A stretch of 64,000 bases of DNA from an uncultured Gammaproteobacteria bacterium (GCA_964427615.1 CAYRUR010000001.1:219241-283240), one strand, 5' to 3'. Positions 8,746 to 19,478 are shown, counted from the stretch's first letter. Numbers and translations are program-made. Notes: generated by a model from the sequence alone, not told the origin.

Positions 8746-10958
8746 AACAAATCTCCAAATCTTTAGAACTCAACGGTAAAACAATAACCCTCGAAACAGG
8801 TGTTTTAGCAGAACAAGCTTCAGCAAGTATCTTAGCCCGAATGGGAGATACCGTCGTTTTGTCCACAGTCGTAATGGGGAAAAATGATACTACCCTCAAT
8901 TATTTTCCGTTAAGCGTTGAATATGTAGAGCGTCTCTATGCTGGTGGTAGAATTAAAGGCAGCAGATGGGTAAAACGAGACGGTAGACCAACTGAGGATG
9001 CTATTTTGACCGGAAGAGTTATAGATCGCTCTATTCGCCCCCTTTTTCCTAAAGAATTAAAAAAAGATGTTCAGGTAGTTGTGACGGTGCTTTCAGTTGA
9101 CGGAGAGAATGATCCTGGAATTTTAGGAGTTGTAGCAACTTCTGCAGCACTTGCTGTTTCTAATGTTCCTTGGAATGGTCCTATTGGTACAGTGCGCGTT
9201 GGTATTATGGGTGATTCTGAAACAAGAGAAGTTGTAATTAATCCTCATGCAGCAGAATCTCAATTTTTAGATTTGGACATGATTGTTTCCTCTTCTGTTA
9301 AAGGAAATGTAATCATGATTGAGTCAGGCGCACGAGAGGTAAAAGAAGATAGTGCACTGGAAGCGATTAAAAAAGCAAAAGAGGCAAATCAACAAATTAT
9401 CGAGTTCATTCAAGAACTAGTAAAAGAAATTGGTCAGCCAAAAATAGCAGTTGCCAAAGACGAAAGTCTTGAAGAAGCAGTAATGCTGGTTGAGAAAAGT
9501 TATAAAGACAAAATTGAAAAAATTGTTGAAGAAGGCGTAAATAAAGAAGTTGGTGGACAGTTAGATGAAATCGCTTCAGAAATTAGTGAAATTGAGGAAA
9601 GCATTGAAGACAAAAAGAAAATAAAAGAAGCTGTTGAATATGTTTTCAAAAAAACAATCCGAGAGAGAATCCTAAGAGACAAGAAAAGACCTGATGGAAG
9701 AGGTATTGATGAAATTAGACCTATTTTTGCTCGGGTTGGTGTACTTCCTAGAACTCATGGTTCTGGCATTTTTACCCGTGGACAGACACAAGCTTTAAGT
9801 GTGGCTACGCTTGGTTCTCCGGCAATGGAACAATTAATAGATGGTCCTGAAGGAGAAGAGACAAAGCGTTACATGCATCACTACTTTTTCCCACCTTACT
9901 CAGTAGGTGAAACAGGAAGAATTGGTTTTCCTTCACGCCGTGAGATAGGACATGGTGCATTGGCAGAAAGAGCATTGGTAGCCGTGCTCCCTTCTGAAAA
10001 AGATTTCCCTTATGCTATTCAAGTAGTGTCAGAAGTTATGTCTTCTAATGGATCTAGCTCTATGGCTTCTACTTGTGGTTCTACTCTTGCTTTGATGGAC
10101 GCAGGAGTTCCGCTTAAAAATCCAGTGGCAGGTATTGCGATTGGTCTTATGACAAAAGGAGATGACTATTCCGTACTAACTGATATTATCGGACTTGAAG
10201 ATTTCTCAGGAGATATGGACTTTAAAGTTGCCGGAACAAAAGAAGGTATTACTGCCATTCAATTAGATGTAAAGATTGACGGCTTAACTGATGAGATGAT
10301 TGTTGAGACTTTGGAAAAAGCTAAGAAGGCACGCTTGTTCATTTTGGACAAAATGCTGGCAGTTATTTCTGAGTCACGCAAAGAAGTTTCTCAATATGCT
10401 CCTAAGATTAAGACAGTTCAGATTAATCCTGAGAAAATTGGAGAAGTTATTGGTAGCGGTGGTAAGACGATTCGCCAAATTAGCAGCACAACAGGTGCCA
10501 CTGTCGATGTAGAAGAAGATGGAACTGTAACCCTTACCTCTATTGATGAAGCAGCAGTTGAGAAAGCAGCACATTGGATTGAGACGCTTACTAAAGAAGT
10601 ACAACCGGGTGAAGTTTTTGAAGGAACAGTCAAAAGAATTTTATCATTCGGAGCATTTGTAGAATTAGTTCCTGGAAAAGAAGGTATGGTACACGTCTCA
10701 GAAATGGCTGATGAATATGTACAAAATCCTGAAGATGTTGTGCAAATTGGCCAACAGGTAAAGGTACGAGTAAAAGAAGTAGATGATCAGGGAAGAATTA
10801 ACCTTTCTATGCGATTTGGAACAGCCGCAGAAGATGTTGAAAAAAAACAAAGCCGTGAAAGAGAAAGAGGCGGTAGAAGAGAGATGGCTGGAGCAGGAAG
10901 AGTAAAAGATAATTGGCCACGCAGAGATAATGGCAACCGCAGACCTCCTCGCCGTTAA
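8742..10958 (+). CDS. pnp: Polynucleotide phosphorylase
   Basis: Two RNase PH domains, KH and S1 motifs, and an R/G-rich C-terminal tail. It overlaps rpsO by 4 nt (ATGA). Confidence 0.92.
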   Translation: MKQISKSLELNGKTITLETGVLAEQASASILARMGDTVVLSTVVMGKNDTTLNYFPLSVEYVERLYAGGRIKGSRWVKRDGRPTEDAILTGRVIDRSIRPLFPKELKKDVQVVVTVLSVDGENDPGILGVVATSAALAVSNVPWNGPIGTVRVGIMGDSETREVVINPHAAESQFLDLDMIVSSSVKGNVIMIESGAREVKEDSALEAIKKAKEANQQIIEFIQELVKEIGQPKIAVAKDESLEEAVMLVEKSYKDKIEKIVEEGVNKEVGGQLDEIASEISEIEESIEDKKKIKEAVEYVFKKTIRERILRDKKRPDGRGIDEIRPIFARVGVLPRTHGSGIFTRGQTQALSVATLGSPAMEQLIDGPEGEETKRYMHHYFFPPYSVGETGRIGFPSRREIGHGALAERALVAVLPSEKDFPYAIQVVSEVMSSNGSSSMASTCGSTLALMDAGVPLKNPVAGIAIGLMTKGDDYSVLTDIIGLEDFSGDMDFKVAGTKEGITAIQLDVKIDGLTDEMIVETLEKAKKARLFILDKMLAVISESRKEVSQYAPKIKTVQINPEKIGEVIGSGGKTIRQISSTTGATVDVEEDGTVTLTSIDEAAVEKAAHWIETLTKEVQPGEVFEGTVKRILSFGAFVELVPGKEGMVHVSEMADEYVQNPEDVVQIGQQVKVRVKEVDDQGRINLSMRFGTAAEDVEKKQSRERERGGRREMAGAGRVKDNWPRRDNGNRRPPRR

Positions 10959-11141
10959 ATTGCTCTTTTTAGCATAATTCTATTTAGGCTCAGGCATGAT
11001 TATTAAGATCTTTTGCATTTGTTACTGAAACTTCTTTTATATATCTACCAGTGAACTGATTGAAAAAGAATGAATTTTGTTTTTTTGCCTTTTTTCAAGC
11101 AAGAAGTTTATCTGTCGATCTTTTAATGCTATAATTTTTAT

Positions 11142-12275
11142 ATGGACTCAAACACTGCTTCCTCAGAAGAAAATACTACTCACGCTCAGCAACAAGATGT
11201 GGTACAGCCATCATCTTCAGCAGCAACACGTGTAGATATACAAATTCAGAAGTTAGAAGAAAAGATAAAAAATGCTACTCTGCCTCCTGACCTCCTTGAA
11301 AAATCCCAAAGTATGGTGGAGCGTTTGAAGCTGATTTCCCGAGAAAGCAGTTTTTTTATTGAGTATGACAGTACTGCTCGTTATATTGATTGGATGACAG
11401 CGCTTCCTTGGGAAAATGCTTCTCAGGATATTTTGGATTTAAATCATGCCAAGCAGGTGTTTGAAAAACACCATTACGGGATGAAGGATGTAAAGGAGAA
11501 AGTAATGGAGTATTTATCTATTATGATTTTAAATAAAGCACGGGGAGAAGAATTTGCTAGAGCACCTATTATTTCACTTGTAGGACTAGTAGGTACTGGT
11601 AAAACAACCGTTGCTTACTCTATTGCTGAGGCATTGGGCAGAAAAATTGAGAGAATTCCTTTTGGAGGTATGGGATCTGCCAAACAATTAAGAGGTCAAT
11701 CACGCTTTTCGCCTGATGCAGAGCCAGGACTGGTGATGAAAGCTATCAGAAGAGCGGGTACTAAAAATCCGGTTATTCTGCTTGATGAAATTGATAGAGT
11801 GAGTGCTGATGCTAGAGCAGATATTATGGGTGTGTTAGTAGAAATGCTAGATCCTGGACAAAATAAATTTTTTACTGATCATTTTATTGATTATCCATTT
11901 GATTTATCTCATGTGCTTTTTATTGCTACATCCAATAATACAAAAGACATTTCAACAGCAGTACTTGATAGACTTGAGATCATTCAAATGCCTTCCTATA
12001 ATGACGATGAGAAGACAGTAATTGCCAAAAATTACATTTTCCCCAAAGTTTTAAAAGAGTCAGGACTCACAGAACGTGATATAGTAATAGATGATAATGT
12101 ATGGCCAGAGATTGTGCGTCCTCTTGGATATGACTCAGGAATTAGAAGTTTGGGTAGGACTATTCAAGGAATGGTAAGAAGAATTGCGTTATATACACTT
12201 GAGGGACGTATTCCTCAGGGGAAAGGATTTCGGGTAACAGTGCAAAACGTGAAACAACTGGTACCACAATGGTAA
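11142..12275 (+). CDS. Lon-like AAA+ ATPase module without the S16 protease domain and without most of the Lon N-domain
   Basis: Walker A is GLVGTGKTT and Walker B is ILLDEIDRV. Sensor-1 is FIATSNN and the Arg finger is LDRLEIIQM. The Lon-specific stretch HHYGMKDVKEKVMEYLSI is present. The ORF stops 19 nt before rnj with no protease domain downstream. TATAAT lies 6 nt before the ATG. Confidence 0.75.
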   Translation: MDSNTASSEENTTHAQQQDVVQPSSSAATRVDIQIQKLEEKIKNATLPPDLLEKSQSMVERLKLISRESSFFIEYDSTARYIDWMTALPWENASQDILDLNHAKQVFEKHHYGMKDVKEKVMEYLSIMILNKARGEEFARAPIISLVGLVGTGKTTVAYSIAEALGRKIERIPFGGMGSAKQLRGQSRFSPDAEPGLVMKAIRRAGTKNPVILLDEIDRVSADARADIMGVLVEMLDPGQNKFFTDHFIDYPFDLSHVLFIATSNNTKDISTAVLDRLEIIQMPSYNDDEKTVIAKNYIFPKVLKESGLTERDIVIDDNVWPEIVRPLGYDSGIRSLGRTIQGMVRRIALYTLEGRIPQGKGFRVTVQNVKQLVPQW

Positions 12276-12293
12276 AATAGGTAAAATAAGCAT

Positions 12294-13943
12294 ATGGAGA
12301 AAAAAGTATCACTTATTCCAATCGGCGGTATTGGAGATGTAACCAAAAATATGTATGTGTATGAGTATCAGGACGAGATACTCATTGTGGATTGTGGCAT
12401 TGGATTTGCTGATGAGTCCATGATTGGCGTTGATTTGCTTATTCCGGATATTACCTACTTAAAACAAACAAAGAAAAAGATCGTAGGTATGATACTTTCT
12501 CATGGCCATGAGGACCATATTGGAGCTATCCCTTGGATTCTACCTCAGCTGCCAGCCTTTCCTATCTACGGTTCAACACTTACTGCAGCTTTTGCCAATG
12601 AAAAAATAAAGGAATTTAATATCAATAGAAAGGTAGAGGAAATGGAATTTTGTAAAGAAATTACCGTAGGCTCATTTAAGGTAACTCCGGTAAGAGTCAC
12701 TCACTCTATTCTTGATGCTGCGAATCTTTTTATTAAGACCCCTGCAGGCAATTTTTATCATGGCAGTGATTTTAAATTCGATTTTACTCCAGTAGATGGA
12801 AAGCAAACAGATATTCGCAAGATTGCACAAATGGGAGAAGAAGGCATTATGTGTGCCTTGATAGATAGTCTTGGGAGTGAAAAAAGTGGACTTTCTCTAT
12901 CAGAAAAGAGCTTATCTGAAAGTTTTGAGGAAGAGTTTCAAAAGACAAAAGGCAAAATTTTTGTTTCTACCTATTCTTCTAATATTTCTCGGTTTAACCA
13001 AGCAATTGATTTAGCTAAAAAATACAATCGCAAAGTAATGCTCATGGGACGTTCATTTTTGCGCTCTCGAGATGTTGGTAGAAGACTGGGATACATGGAT
13101 TTTCCTGAGACTATGGAATTAAAACCTCATCAAGTCAAGAATATTCCTGCCAATCAAGTACTCATTTTAGTTGCCGGAAGCCAAGCACAGATTTCCTCAG
13201 CTTTGGTGCGCATTGCCAATGATAATGACCGTGATATCACTATTAACAAAGGAGATACTGTTATTTTCTCCTCTGATCCAATTCCAGGAAATGAAGAAAG
13301 TATTAACGCGTTGATTGATACCATTTCTAAAAAACAGGCCAGAGTCAGATATAGTCAAAGTGAAGATGATTATCATGTGTCAGGACATGGATCTCAAGCG
13401 GATATCAAACTGATGATTTCTCTTACGAATGCACAATACCTCTTACCAATTGGTGGACAGTATAGACACATGGTAGGATTTCGGGAGATTGCTGAAAGTA
13501 TGGGATATGAGGAAAATCAGGTTATTATTCCTGAAAATGGCAGTGAGATAGTGTTCACACAGGGGAAGTATAGTGTGGGCAGAAAAATTCCAGTTGCCTC
13601 GGTTATGCTAGATCAAATTACAGGCCAGGAAATGGATAATTATGTAGTCAGAGACAGGATGAAAATTGCACAAGAAGGAATTGCTATCATCATCGTTGAG
13701 ATCCATGAGCAAACAGGAAAAATTCTTTCAGAGCCAGATATTATAACTAAAGGATTTACGTTGAATAACAAAAAAAGATATGTTCAAGGGCTTTATGCAA
13801 TTTTAAGACAAACATTTGGTGAGAGAAAAGATAAGGTAAATAACTGGGGATACTATAAAAAAATTATTGAAGAACGGGGTGAAGAACTGTTTTTTAAGGA
13901 GGGGAAAGAGCCTCTGGTTGTGCCAGTCATCATTGAATCATAA
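12294..13943 (+). CDS. rnj: Ribonuclease J (metallo-beta-lactamase/beta-CASP)
   Basis: HGHEDHIG motif and the RNase J-type N-terminus KVSLIPIGGIGDVTKNM. Confidence 0.88.
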   Translation: MEKKVSLIPIGGIGDVTKNMYVYEYQDEILIVDCGIGFADESMIGVDLLIPDITYLKQTKKKIVGMILSHGHEDHIGAIPWILPQLPAFPIYGSTLTAAFANEKIKEFNINRKVEEMEFCKEITVGSFKVTPVRVTHSILDAANLFIKTPAGNFYHGSDFKFDFTPVDGKQTDIRKIAQMGEEGIMCALIDSLGSEKSGLSLSEKSLSESFEEEFQKTKGKIFVSTYSSNISRFNQAIDLAKKYNRKVMLMGRSFLRSRDVGRRLGYMDFPETMELKPHQVKNIPANQVLILVAGSQAQISSALVRIANDNDRDITINKGDTVIFSSDPIPGNEESINALIDTISKKQARVRYSQSEDDYHVSGHGSQADIKLMISLTNAQYLLPIGGQYRHMVGFREIAESMGYEENQVIIPENGSEIVFTQGKYSVGRKIPVASVMLDQITGQEMDNYVVRDRMKIAQEGIAIIIVEIHEQTGKILSEPDIITKGFTLNNKKRYVQGLYAILRQTFGERKDKVNNWGYYKKIIEERGEELFFKEGKEPLVVPVIIES

Positions 13944-14009
13944 TTAGATAGTGCTTCTCGTGATTTTACCATACAGAGTTGATAATAGTGTATAATTCTT
14001 CATATTGCT

Positions 14010-16136
14010 ATGGCACGAAAGAAATACAAAAAAAGAAAAGGAGGAGTAAAGTTAAAGAAAAATACTGTTTACACTCTTTTTTCTGTTGGATTATTATTTT
14101 TAGGGGTTTTTCTTCTGGCTTCTTACACACAAAATGGACCTTTGCTTGCTACTGCTCACAGCTACTTATCTTACTTTTTTGGTCCCCTTTCTTTTTTGGT
14201 GCCTATTAACTTTATTCTTATTGCGTTGATGTTGACTAGGTTAAAGTCTCGTTTTGCTCAGCCGACATTGTCTATTGGTTTTCTTTTTTTCTCAGCATGT
14301 TTTATTTCGCTTCTTGGTTCAGGAGTGGCAGGACAGATGATGAAGGATAATCTGGTCGCATTTTTAGGAGGCGCTTTAGCTGTTATTTTTCTGATTTTAG
14401 GAACATTTCTTGGGATTATTGTTTTTTTAAATATTTCGTTACAGCAACTCTTTCAAGGAATTATGGTTGCTTCTCAGGACTTAGCACATGTGTTTAAGAC
14501 GCGCATTGTGCCTCTTTTTAAAGTCCAAAAAGTAAATCTTCCAGATCCTAAGCAAATTACCATTAAAGGCTTGCCACAAGAGATGCCTGCCTCCAGTCCT
14601 AAAGTCAATGAAAGACGTCCTGAAGTGCCTAAACAAGATCCAAAGAAGGCAGAAATATCTGATGAATTAGTATTAAATCAGCCGTTGGAGATGGGAGTCT
14701 GGGAGTACCCTCCTTTAGCCTTACTGTCTGATCAGGCAGATAAAAAAGCAGAGCGAGGAGATGTAAAAGCTACTGCTAGCACAATAGAAAAAACGCTGCA
14801 AAGCTTTGGAATAAAAGCTCGGGTAGTAGAAATTAATTTAGGACCTTCGGTTACTCAGTATGCTATAGAAATTGCGTTAGGAACTAAGCTCTCTAAAATT
14901 ACTGGTCTTGCCAATGATTTGGCTTTGGCAACAGAAGCACCAACCGGTCAGGTCAGAATTGAGGCGCCAATTCCAGGAAGAAGTTTGGTAGGTATTGAAA
15001 TTCCTAATAGGTCTCTTGAAGTAGTATCTCTCAAAACACTGCTTGCTTCCTCTCAGATGCAGAAGAACAAATCAAAACTAGCTATTCCACTGGGTCTTGA
15101 TGTAGCGGGTAATCCGGTGATTGCTGATATTACCAAAATGCCTCACGTACTTATTGCCGGTACCACCGGGTCTGGTAAATCTGTGTCCATGAATACATTT
15201 ATTTCCTCTATCTTATTTAGAGCTTCTCCATCAGAGGTTAAGATGATTATGATTGATCCTAAGCGCGTGGAGCTTACCGGATATAATGATATTCCTCATC
15301 TGCTTACTCCTGTGGTGGTAGAAGCAGATAAAAGCGTTTCAGCACTTAAGTGGGCATTAAAAGAGATGGACAAGCGGTATACAAAATTTGCAGAGGCAGG
15401 AGTACGTAATCTCGACTCCTATAACGAACTTTCAGGATTTCAAGCAATTCCTTACATTGTTATTTTTATTGATGAATTTGCAGATTTGATGGCGCTTGCT
15501 CCAGCCGAGGTGGAGGATTCCATTACCAGACTTGCCCAAATGGCTCGTGCTACTGGTATTCATTTAGTACTGGCAACCCAAAGACCATCAGTAGATGTTA
15601 TTACTGGTCTTATTAAAGCCAATGTGCCGTGTCGTATGGCTTTTAGCGTTTCTTCTATGGTAGATAGTAAGGTAGTGTTGGATGCACCGGGAGCAGAAAA
15701 ACTGTTGGGCAAAGGTGATATGTTGTATATTCCTCCGGATCAAGCAAAACCTACCCGTATTCAAGGCTGTTTTGTCTCAGAACAAGACACAAAACGGTTA
15801 GTAAACTTTATTAAAGCACGTGGTATTCCGGTACAGTACACAACAGAAGTAGTAGAGCAAGAAGTACATATTAAAGGAAGAGGGGCTTCTGGGAGTGCAA
15901 CAGCCAGTGGAACAGACTCAGATAAGGATGAGTTATTTGCCGAAGCAGTACGTATTGTGTGTCAGTATGATAGAGCGTCTTCGTCTCTTTTGCAAAGAAA
16001 GCTTTCTATTGGGTTTAACCGTGCTGCTCGTATTATGGAACAACTGGAACAGTTTGGTGTAGTAAGTCCTGGAGATGGTTCCAAGCCTCGTGATGTTATT
16101 ATTACCAACCCCGACGAGTTTTTAAGCCAAGTGTAG
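14010..16136 (+). CDS. ftsK: DNA translocase FtsK/SpoIIIE
   Basis: N-terminal TM segments. Walker A is GTTGSGKS, followed by DPKRVEL and Walker B FIDEFADL. A C-terminal winged-helix gamma domain is present. Confidence 0.9.
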   Translation: MARKKYKKRKGGVKLKKNTVYTLFSVGLLFLGVFLLASYTQNGPLLATAHSYLSYFFGPLSFLVPINFILIALMLTRLKSRFAQPTLSIGFLFFSACFISLLGSGVAGQMMKDNLVAFLGGALAVIFLILGTFLGIIVFLNISLQQLFQGIMVASQDLAHVFKTRIVPLFKVQKVNLPDPKQITIKGLPQEMPASSPKVNERRPEVPKQDPKKAEISDELVLNQPLEMGVWEYPPLALLSDQADKKAERGDVKATASTIEKTLQSFGIKARVVEINLGPSVTQYAIEIALGTKLSKITGLANDLALATEAPTGQVRIEAPIPGRSLVGIEIPNRSLEVVSLKTLLASSQMQKNKSKLAIPLGLDVAGNPVIADITKMPHVLIAGTTGSGKSVSMNTFISSILFRASPSEVKMIMIDPKRVELTGYNDIPHLLTPVVVEADKSVSALKWALKEMDKRYTKFAEAGVRNLDSYNELSGFQAIPYIVIFIDEFADLMALAPAEVEDSITRLAQMARATGIHLVLATQRPSVDVITGLIKANVPCRMAFSVSSMVDSKVVLDAPGAEKLLGKGDMLYIPPDQAKPTRIQGCFVSEQDTKRLVNFIKARGIPVQYTTEVVEQEVHIKGRGASGSATASGTDSDKDELFAEAVRIVCQYDRASSSLLQRKLSIGFNRAARIMEQLEQFGVVSPGDGSKPRDVIITNPDEFLSQV

Positions 16137-16143
16137 TATTTTT

Positions 16144-16770
16144 ATGAGAAAAATCAGTGAAATCCTCAAAAATGAGAGAAAGGCACAAAATCTTGCTCTT
16201 GAAGATGTTGAGAAAACTACCAAAATAAAAAAAGAGTTTTTGAGGGCTATTGAGGAAGGAAAATTTCATCAGCTTCCTTCAGAATCCTATGCTTTAGGCT
16301 TTGTTAAAAATTATGCTAGTTTTTTAGGAGTTAATTCACCTGAAGTGGTGCCACTCTTCAGAAGAGAGTATAAAGCAGAAAAAGTTGAAGTCATTCCTCA
16401 TTACACTAAAAATCAACCTAAAAAAAGACAGAAATTTTATTTTTCCTATAAAACAATTTTGGCAGGAGTTGGTGCTTTTATTTTACTCGGATATATTCTT
16501 TTTCAGTTCCACTCTTTTTTTGTGGGGCCAAAATTGAGCATAGATGCGCCGCAAGAAGGGGCAGTAGTAAAGGACAATATCGTAGAAGTAAAGGGAAAAA
16601 CGGATCCCTATGCTACGGTTCTGGTAGAAGGAGAGGAAGTATATGTGCAAATTGATGGCACCTTTCAAAAGTCTTTGTATTTATTCTCAGGAGAAAAGAA
16701 CATAAAGATAGTTGCAAAAGATAGGAACGGCAAACAAACCACTGCACAAGTTTCAGTACAAGTTCAGTAG
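16144..16770 (+). CDS. rodZ: RodZ-like HTH (XRE) cytoskeleton protein with a TM segment and a DUF4115-like C-terminus
   Basis: N-terminal HTH LRAIEEGKFHQLPSESYALGFVKNYASFLGV; TM helix ILAGVGAFILLGYILF. Confidence 0.6.
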   Translation: MRKISEILKNERKAQNLALEDVEKTTKIKKEFLRAIEEGKFHQLPSESYALGFVKNYASFLGVNSPEVVPLFRREYKAEKVEVIPHYTKNQPKKRQKFYFSYKTILAGVGAFILLGYILFQFHSFFVGPKLSIDAPQEGAVVKDNIVEVKGKTDPYATVLVEGEEVYVQIDGTFQKSLYLFSGEKNIKIVAKDRNGKQTTAQVSVQVQ

Positions 16771-16846
16771 TCAGAGGGGATAAAGGTAACGTCTTAGGAT
16801 TGCTATATTGACACATTCCTCCTCAGAGTGGTAGGCTATAAGGTAC

Positions 16847-17110
16847 ATGGTAGATGCTGTCCAAGTAGTGCTGATGGTGGTAATCATCTTGCTTTCAGTA
16901 CTGCTTACCGTTTTAGGTATACAAGTTTTTGTGATTCTCCGAGAGTTAAGAGCTACTGTTCAGAGAGTAAACAGGATTTTAGATAATGCTGAATATATCA
17001 CTGAAAGTATTTCTCAACCTATGAATTTTCTCTCTACTTTCTTTGCAAGCACTCAGTCCTTATCGACTATCGCTAAGTTATTTTCCAAAAAGAAAACGCA
17101 TGGCTCATAA
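16847..17110 (+). CDS. DUF948 (YtxG-like) small membrane protein
   Basis: N-terminal TM helix followed by an amphipathic region; it is followed by a ytxH-like gene as in Firmicutes. Confidence 0.5.
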   Translation: MVDAVQVVLMVVIILLSVLLTVLGIQVFVILRELRATVQRVNRILDNAEYITESISQPMNFLSTFFASTQSLSTIAKLFSKKKTHGS

Positions 17111-17378
17111 TAACTCTTCTAAACATGCTGGACACGGTGGTGGGGGTTCCTTTGGTCTTGGAGTACTGATAGGAGCAGGATTGGTATTACTTCTTACTAC
17201 AGAGAAAGGCAGAAAAATTTTAAAAGAAGTATCAGAAGAAGGACTTTCAAAGATTGGAGAGTTTTTGGAAGAAGGGGTGGAAGGGATTGAAGATGCAGGT
17301 GAGATGTCCCCAGAAGATGAACTAGAAGAAGACCCTCAACCAAAAAGAAAAAGACTGTTTAGAGGCATTCGCCGTTAA
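17100..17378 (+). CDS. YtxH-like protein
   Basis: Glycine zipper GGGGSFGLGVLIGAGLVLLLT followed by EKGRKILKEV, the YtxH N-terminal signature. It overlaps the upstream gene by 11 nt. Confidence 0.55.
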   Translation: MAHNNSSKHAGHGGGGSFGLGVLIGAGLVLLLTTEKGRKILKEVSEEGLSKIGEFLEEGVEGIEDAGEMSPEDELEEDPQPKRKRLFRGIRR

Positions 17379-17426
17379 TTACTTCTCCTTTCCTCAAAAC
17401 GCTTTGTATATTATAATGGCAGTTAC

Positions 17427-18371
17427 ATGAAGAATGTTGTTGTTGTGGGTGGTGGAACGGGTGTTTTTACGGTTCTTTCAGGATTACGCAATCATCCCTA
17501 TAATCTAAAAGCTATTGTTTCTATGGCTGATAATGGAGGTTCTACCGGCCAATTGCGAGAAGAGTTTGGAGTTCTACCTCCAGGAGACATAAGACGTGCG
17601 CTTATCGCCCTTTCTCACACTGATAATAAAATTCTTTCTCAATTATTTAATTATCGTTTTGATGAGGGGACGTTAAAAGGGCATAGTATGGGGAATCTGC
17701 TTTTAACAGCTTTGGAGCGTATTACAGGAAGTTTTGAAAGTGCAGTAAAGGAGGCAGTAAAAATCCTCAATGTAAAGGGAGAAGTTATTCCAGTAACATT
17801 GCAGAGTACACAACTATGTGCAGAACTGGAAAATGGAAAAATAGTAAGAGGTGAGACCAATATTGATATTCCCAAACATGATGGCAGTCTTAAAATAAAG
17901 CGCATCTTTTTAGATCCGGTGGTATCTGCAAATGAAGAGGCGCTTGAAGTTATTAGAACAGCAGATGTTATTATTTTAGGACCTGGAGATGTGTACACTT
18001 CTATTATGCCTAACTTATCAGTCAAAGGTATTACTGATGCTATTAAAAAATCAAAAGCAAAAGTGGTGTATGTGGTCAATATCATGACTAAATTTGGGGA
18101 AACGTATGCCTTTAAAGCCTCTGACTTTGTAAACGTGATAGAACAAGAATTGGGTAAAGGAGTAATTGATTATGTGGTAGTAAATACCCAAAAATCACCA
18201 GATGATATTCTAAAGAAATATGAAGCTGAGAAAGATAGGCCAGTTATTTTTGACAAAGAAAATTTTACTGATTCAATCCAGGTAATTACTGGTAATTTTT
18301 TAAGAAAAGGACAGTTCTTACGCCATGATCCGCATAAGCTAGCAGAAGCTCTTTCCTCGATTATTCAATAA
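17427..18371 (+). CDS. YvcK/CofD-family (UPF0052) gluconeogenesis factor-like protein
   Basis: VVGGGTG...MADNGGSTGQLR motifs. Confidence 0.82.
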   Translation: MKNVVVVGGGTGVFTVLSGLRNHPYNLKAIVSMADNGGSTGQLREEFGVLPPGDIRRALIALSHTDNKILSQLFNYRFDEGTLKGHSMGNLLLTALERITGSFESAVKEAVKILNVKGEVIPVTLQSTQLCAELENGKIVRGETNIDIPKHDGSLKIKRIFLDPVVSANEEALEVIRTADVIILGPGDVYTSIMPNLSVKGITDAIKKSKAKVVYVVNIMTKFGETYAFKASDFVNVIEQELGKGVIDYVVVNTQKSPDDILKKYEAEKDRPVIFDKENFTDSIQVITGNFLRKGQFLRHDPHKLAEALSSIIQ

Positions 18372-18792
18372 TAGTAATTCCTACATGGTGCAAAGGGTTA
18401 AATTCCTGTTTTTGCAGATTTTGAATGGGAAGAAAAAGAGGTATAGGAGCATTTTTCCACTCGAACCATTCTAAGTTCTCACATTTTTCTGGTTCCATAA
18501 CTTTTGCTTCTCCTTCATCATAATCACAGAGCATAAAAATAGTAATGTAATGCTTTCCTTCCTGCTCAAAAATATCATTCGTAATACTCCCAAAACGAAT
18601 ATTTTTTACTTTCAAAGATGTTTCTTCAAATACTTCTCTTTGTGCACAACTTTCTAGTGTCTCTCCAAACTCTAAATGTCCTCCAGGAAGTCCCCATGTT
18701 CCTTTGCCATGAGATCCTTTTCTTTTTAAGAATAATAGTTGGTTATCTTTTATTACAAAAACTCCAACTCCTATACGAGGGTGCTGGTTCAT
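18361..18792 (-). CDS. NUDIX hydrolase
   Basis: Nudix box GGHLEFGETLESCAQREVFEETSL. Confidence 0.85.
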   Translation of the reverse strand: MNQHPRIGVGVFVIKDNQLLFLKRKGSHGKGTWGLPGGHLEFGETLESCAQREVFEETSLKVKNIRFGSITNDIFEQEGKHYITIFMLCDYDEGEAKVMEPEKCENLEWFEWKNAPIPLFLPIQNLQKQEFNPLHHVGITIIE

Positions 18793-18800
18793 AGCTTTTA

Positions 18801-19478
18801 TTATATACGATGCTGCAATAGTTGAGGCAGGCTTTCTAAGGAAGGGAGGATGTACTCTTCTTTTAGTCCATACTGCTGAAATTCATTCTTTAACGTGAAT
18901 CCGGAAGTAACCGCTATAAAGGCCAGTCCTCTCGATTTTGCAGCCAGAAAATCATTTAGTCCATCACCTACGTATATCACTTCTTTTCCAGTAATATTTC
19001 GTTTCAACAACTGTTCTAGAGCTATATCAAACACTTTAGGGTTTGGTTTGTGAACAGGGGTGTCCTCGCTTCCATGAATAAATACGTACTGGTCTGATAA
19101 CTCGGGAAGATAAGTTTTGATAGTGTCCTGAATGGTTATTCTAGGGCTAGAACTTAATACTCCTAGTAAGTAGCCTTGTGTTTTTAGAGTCAATACTGTT
19201 TGAAGAGTATATGAGAATGGTTGAGGAATAAATTTTGTTTTTCTTTGAAATAGAAGAAAATCGGTTGTCAATAAATGTCCGTCTTCTTTTTCCCATAATC
19301 CTGATAGTATCCCTTGAACAGGTTTCCCCCAGTGTTGTTTTAATTGTTCTAGGCTAATCGGTGGGAGTGATTTCTTTTGGGCATAGTTGTTGAAAAGGTC
19401 AAAGCAAGTATGAAATGTAGACACTTTTGTATCATCCCAATCAAAAATAATTGCTTTTATGGAGGAAAGATTATTCAT
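18801..19478 (-). CDS. HAD-superfamily phosphatase
   Basis: Motif I IIFDWDDT; a downstream GDGLND-type motif (VGDGLNDFLAA). Confidence 0.75.
   Translation of the reverse strand: MNNLSSIKAIIFDWDDTKVSTFHTCFDLFNNYAQKKSLPPISLEQLKQHWGKPVQGILSGLWEKEDGHLLTTDFLLFQRKTKFIPQPFSYTLQTVLTLKTQGYLLGVLSSSPRITIQDTIKTYLPELSDQYVFIHGSEDTPVHKPNPKVFDIALEQLLKRNITGKEVIYVGDGLNDFLAAKSRGLAFIAVTSGFTLKNEFQQYGLKEEYILPSLESLPQLLQHRI

Noticed and set aside
13979-14209. ORF 13979..14209(+) overlapping the ftsK start
   Set aside because: A different frame; the ftsK ATG at 14010 has the conserved basic N-terminus and TM domain.
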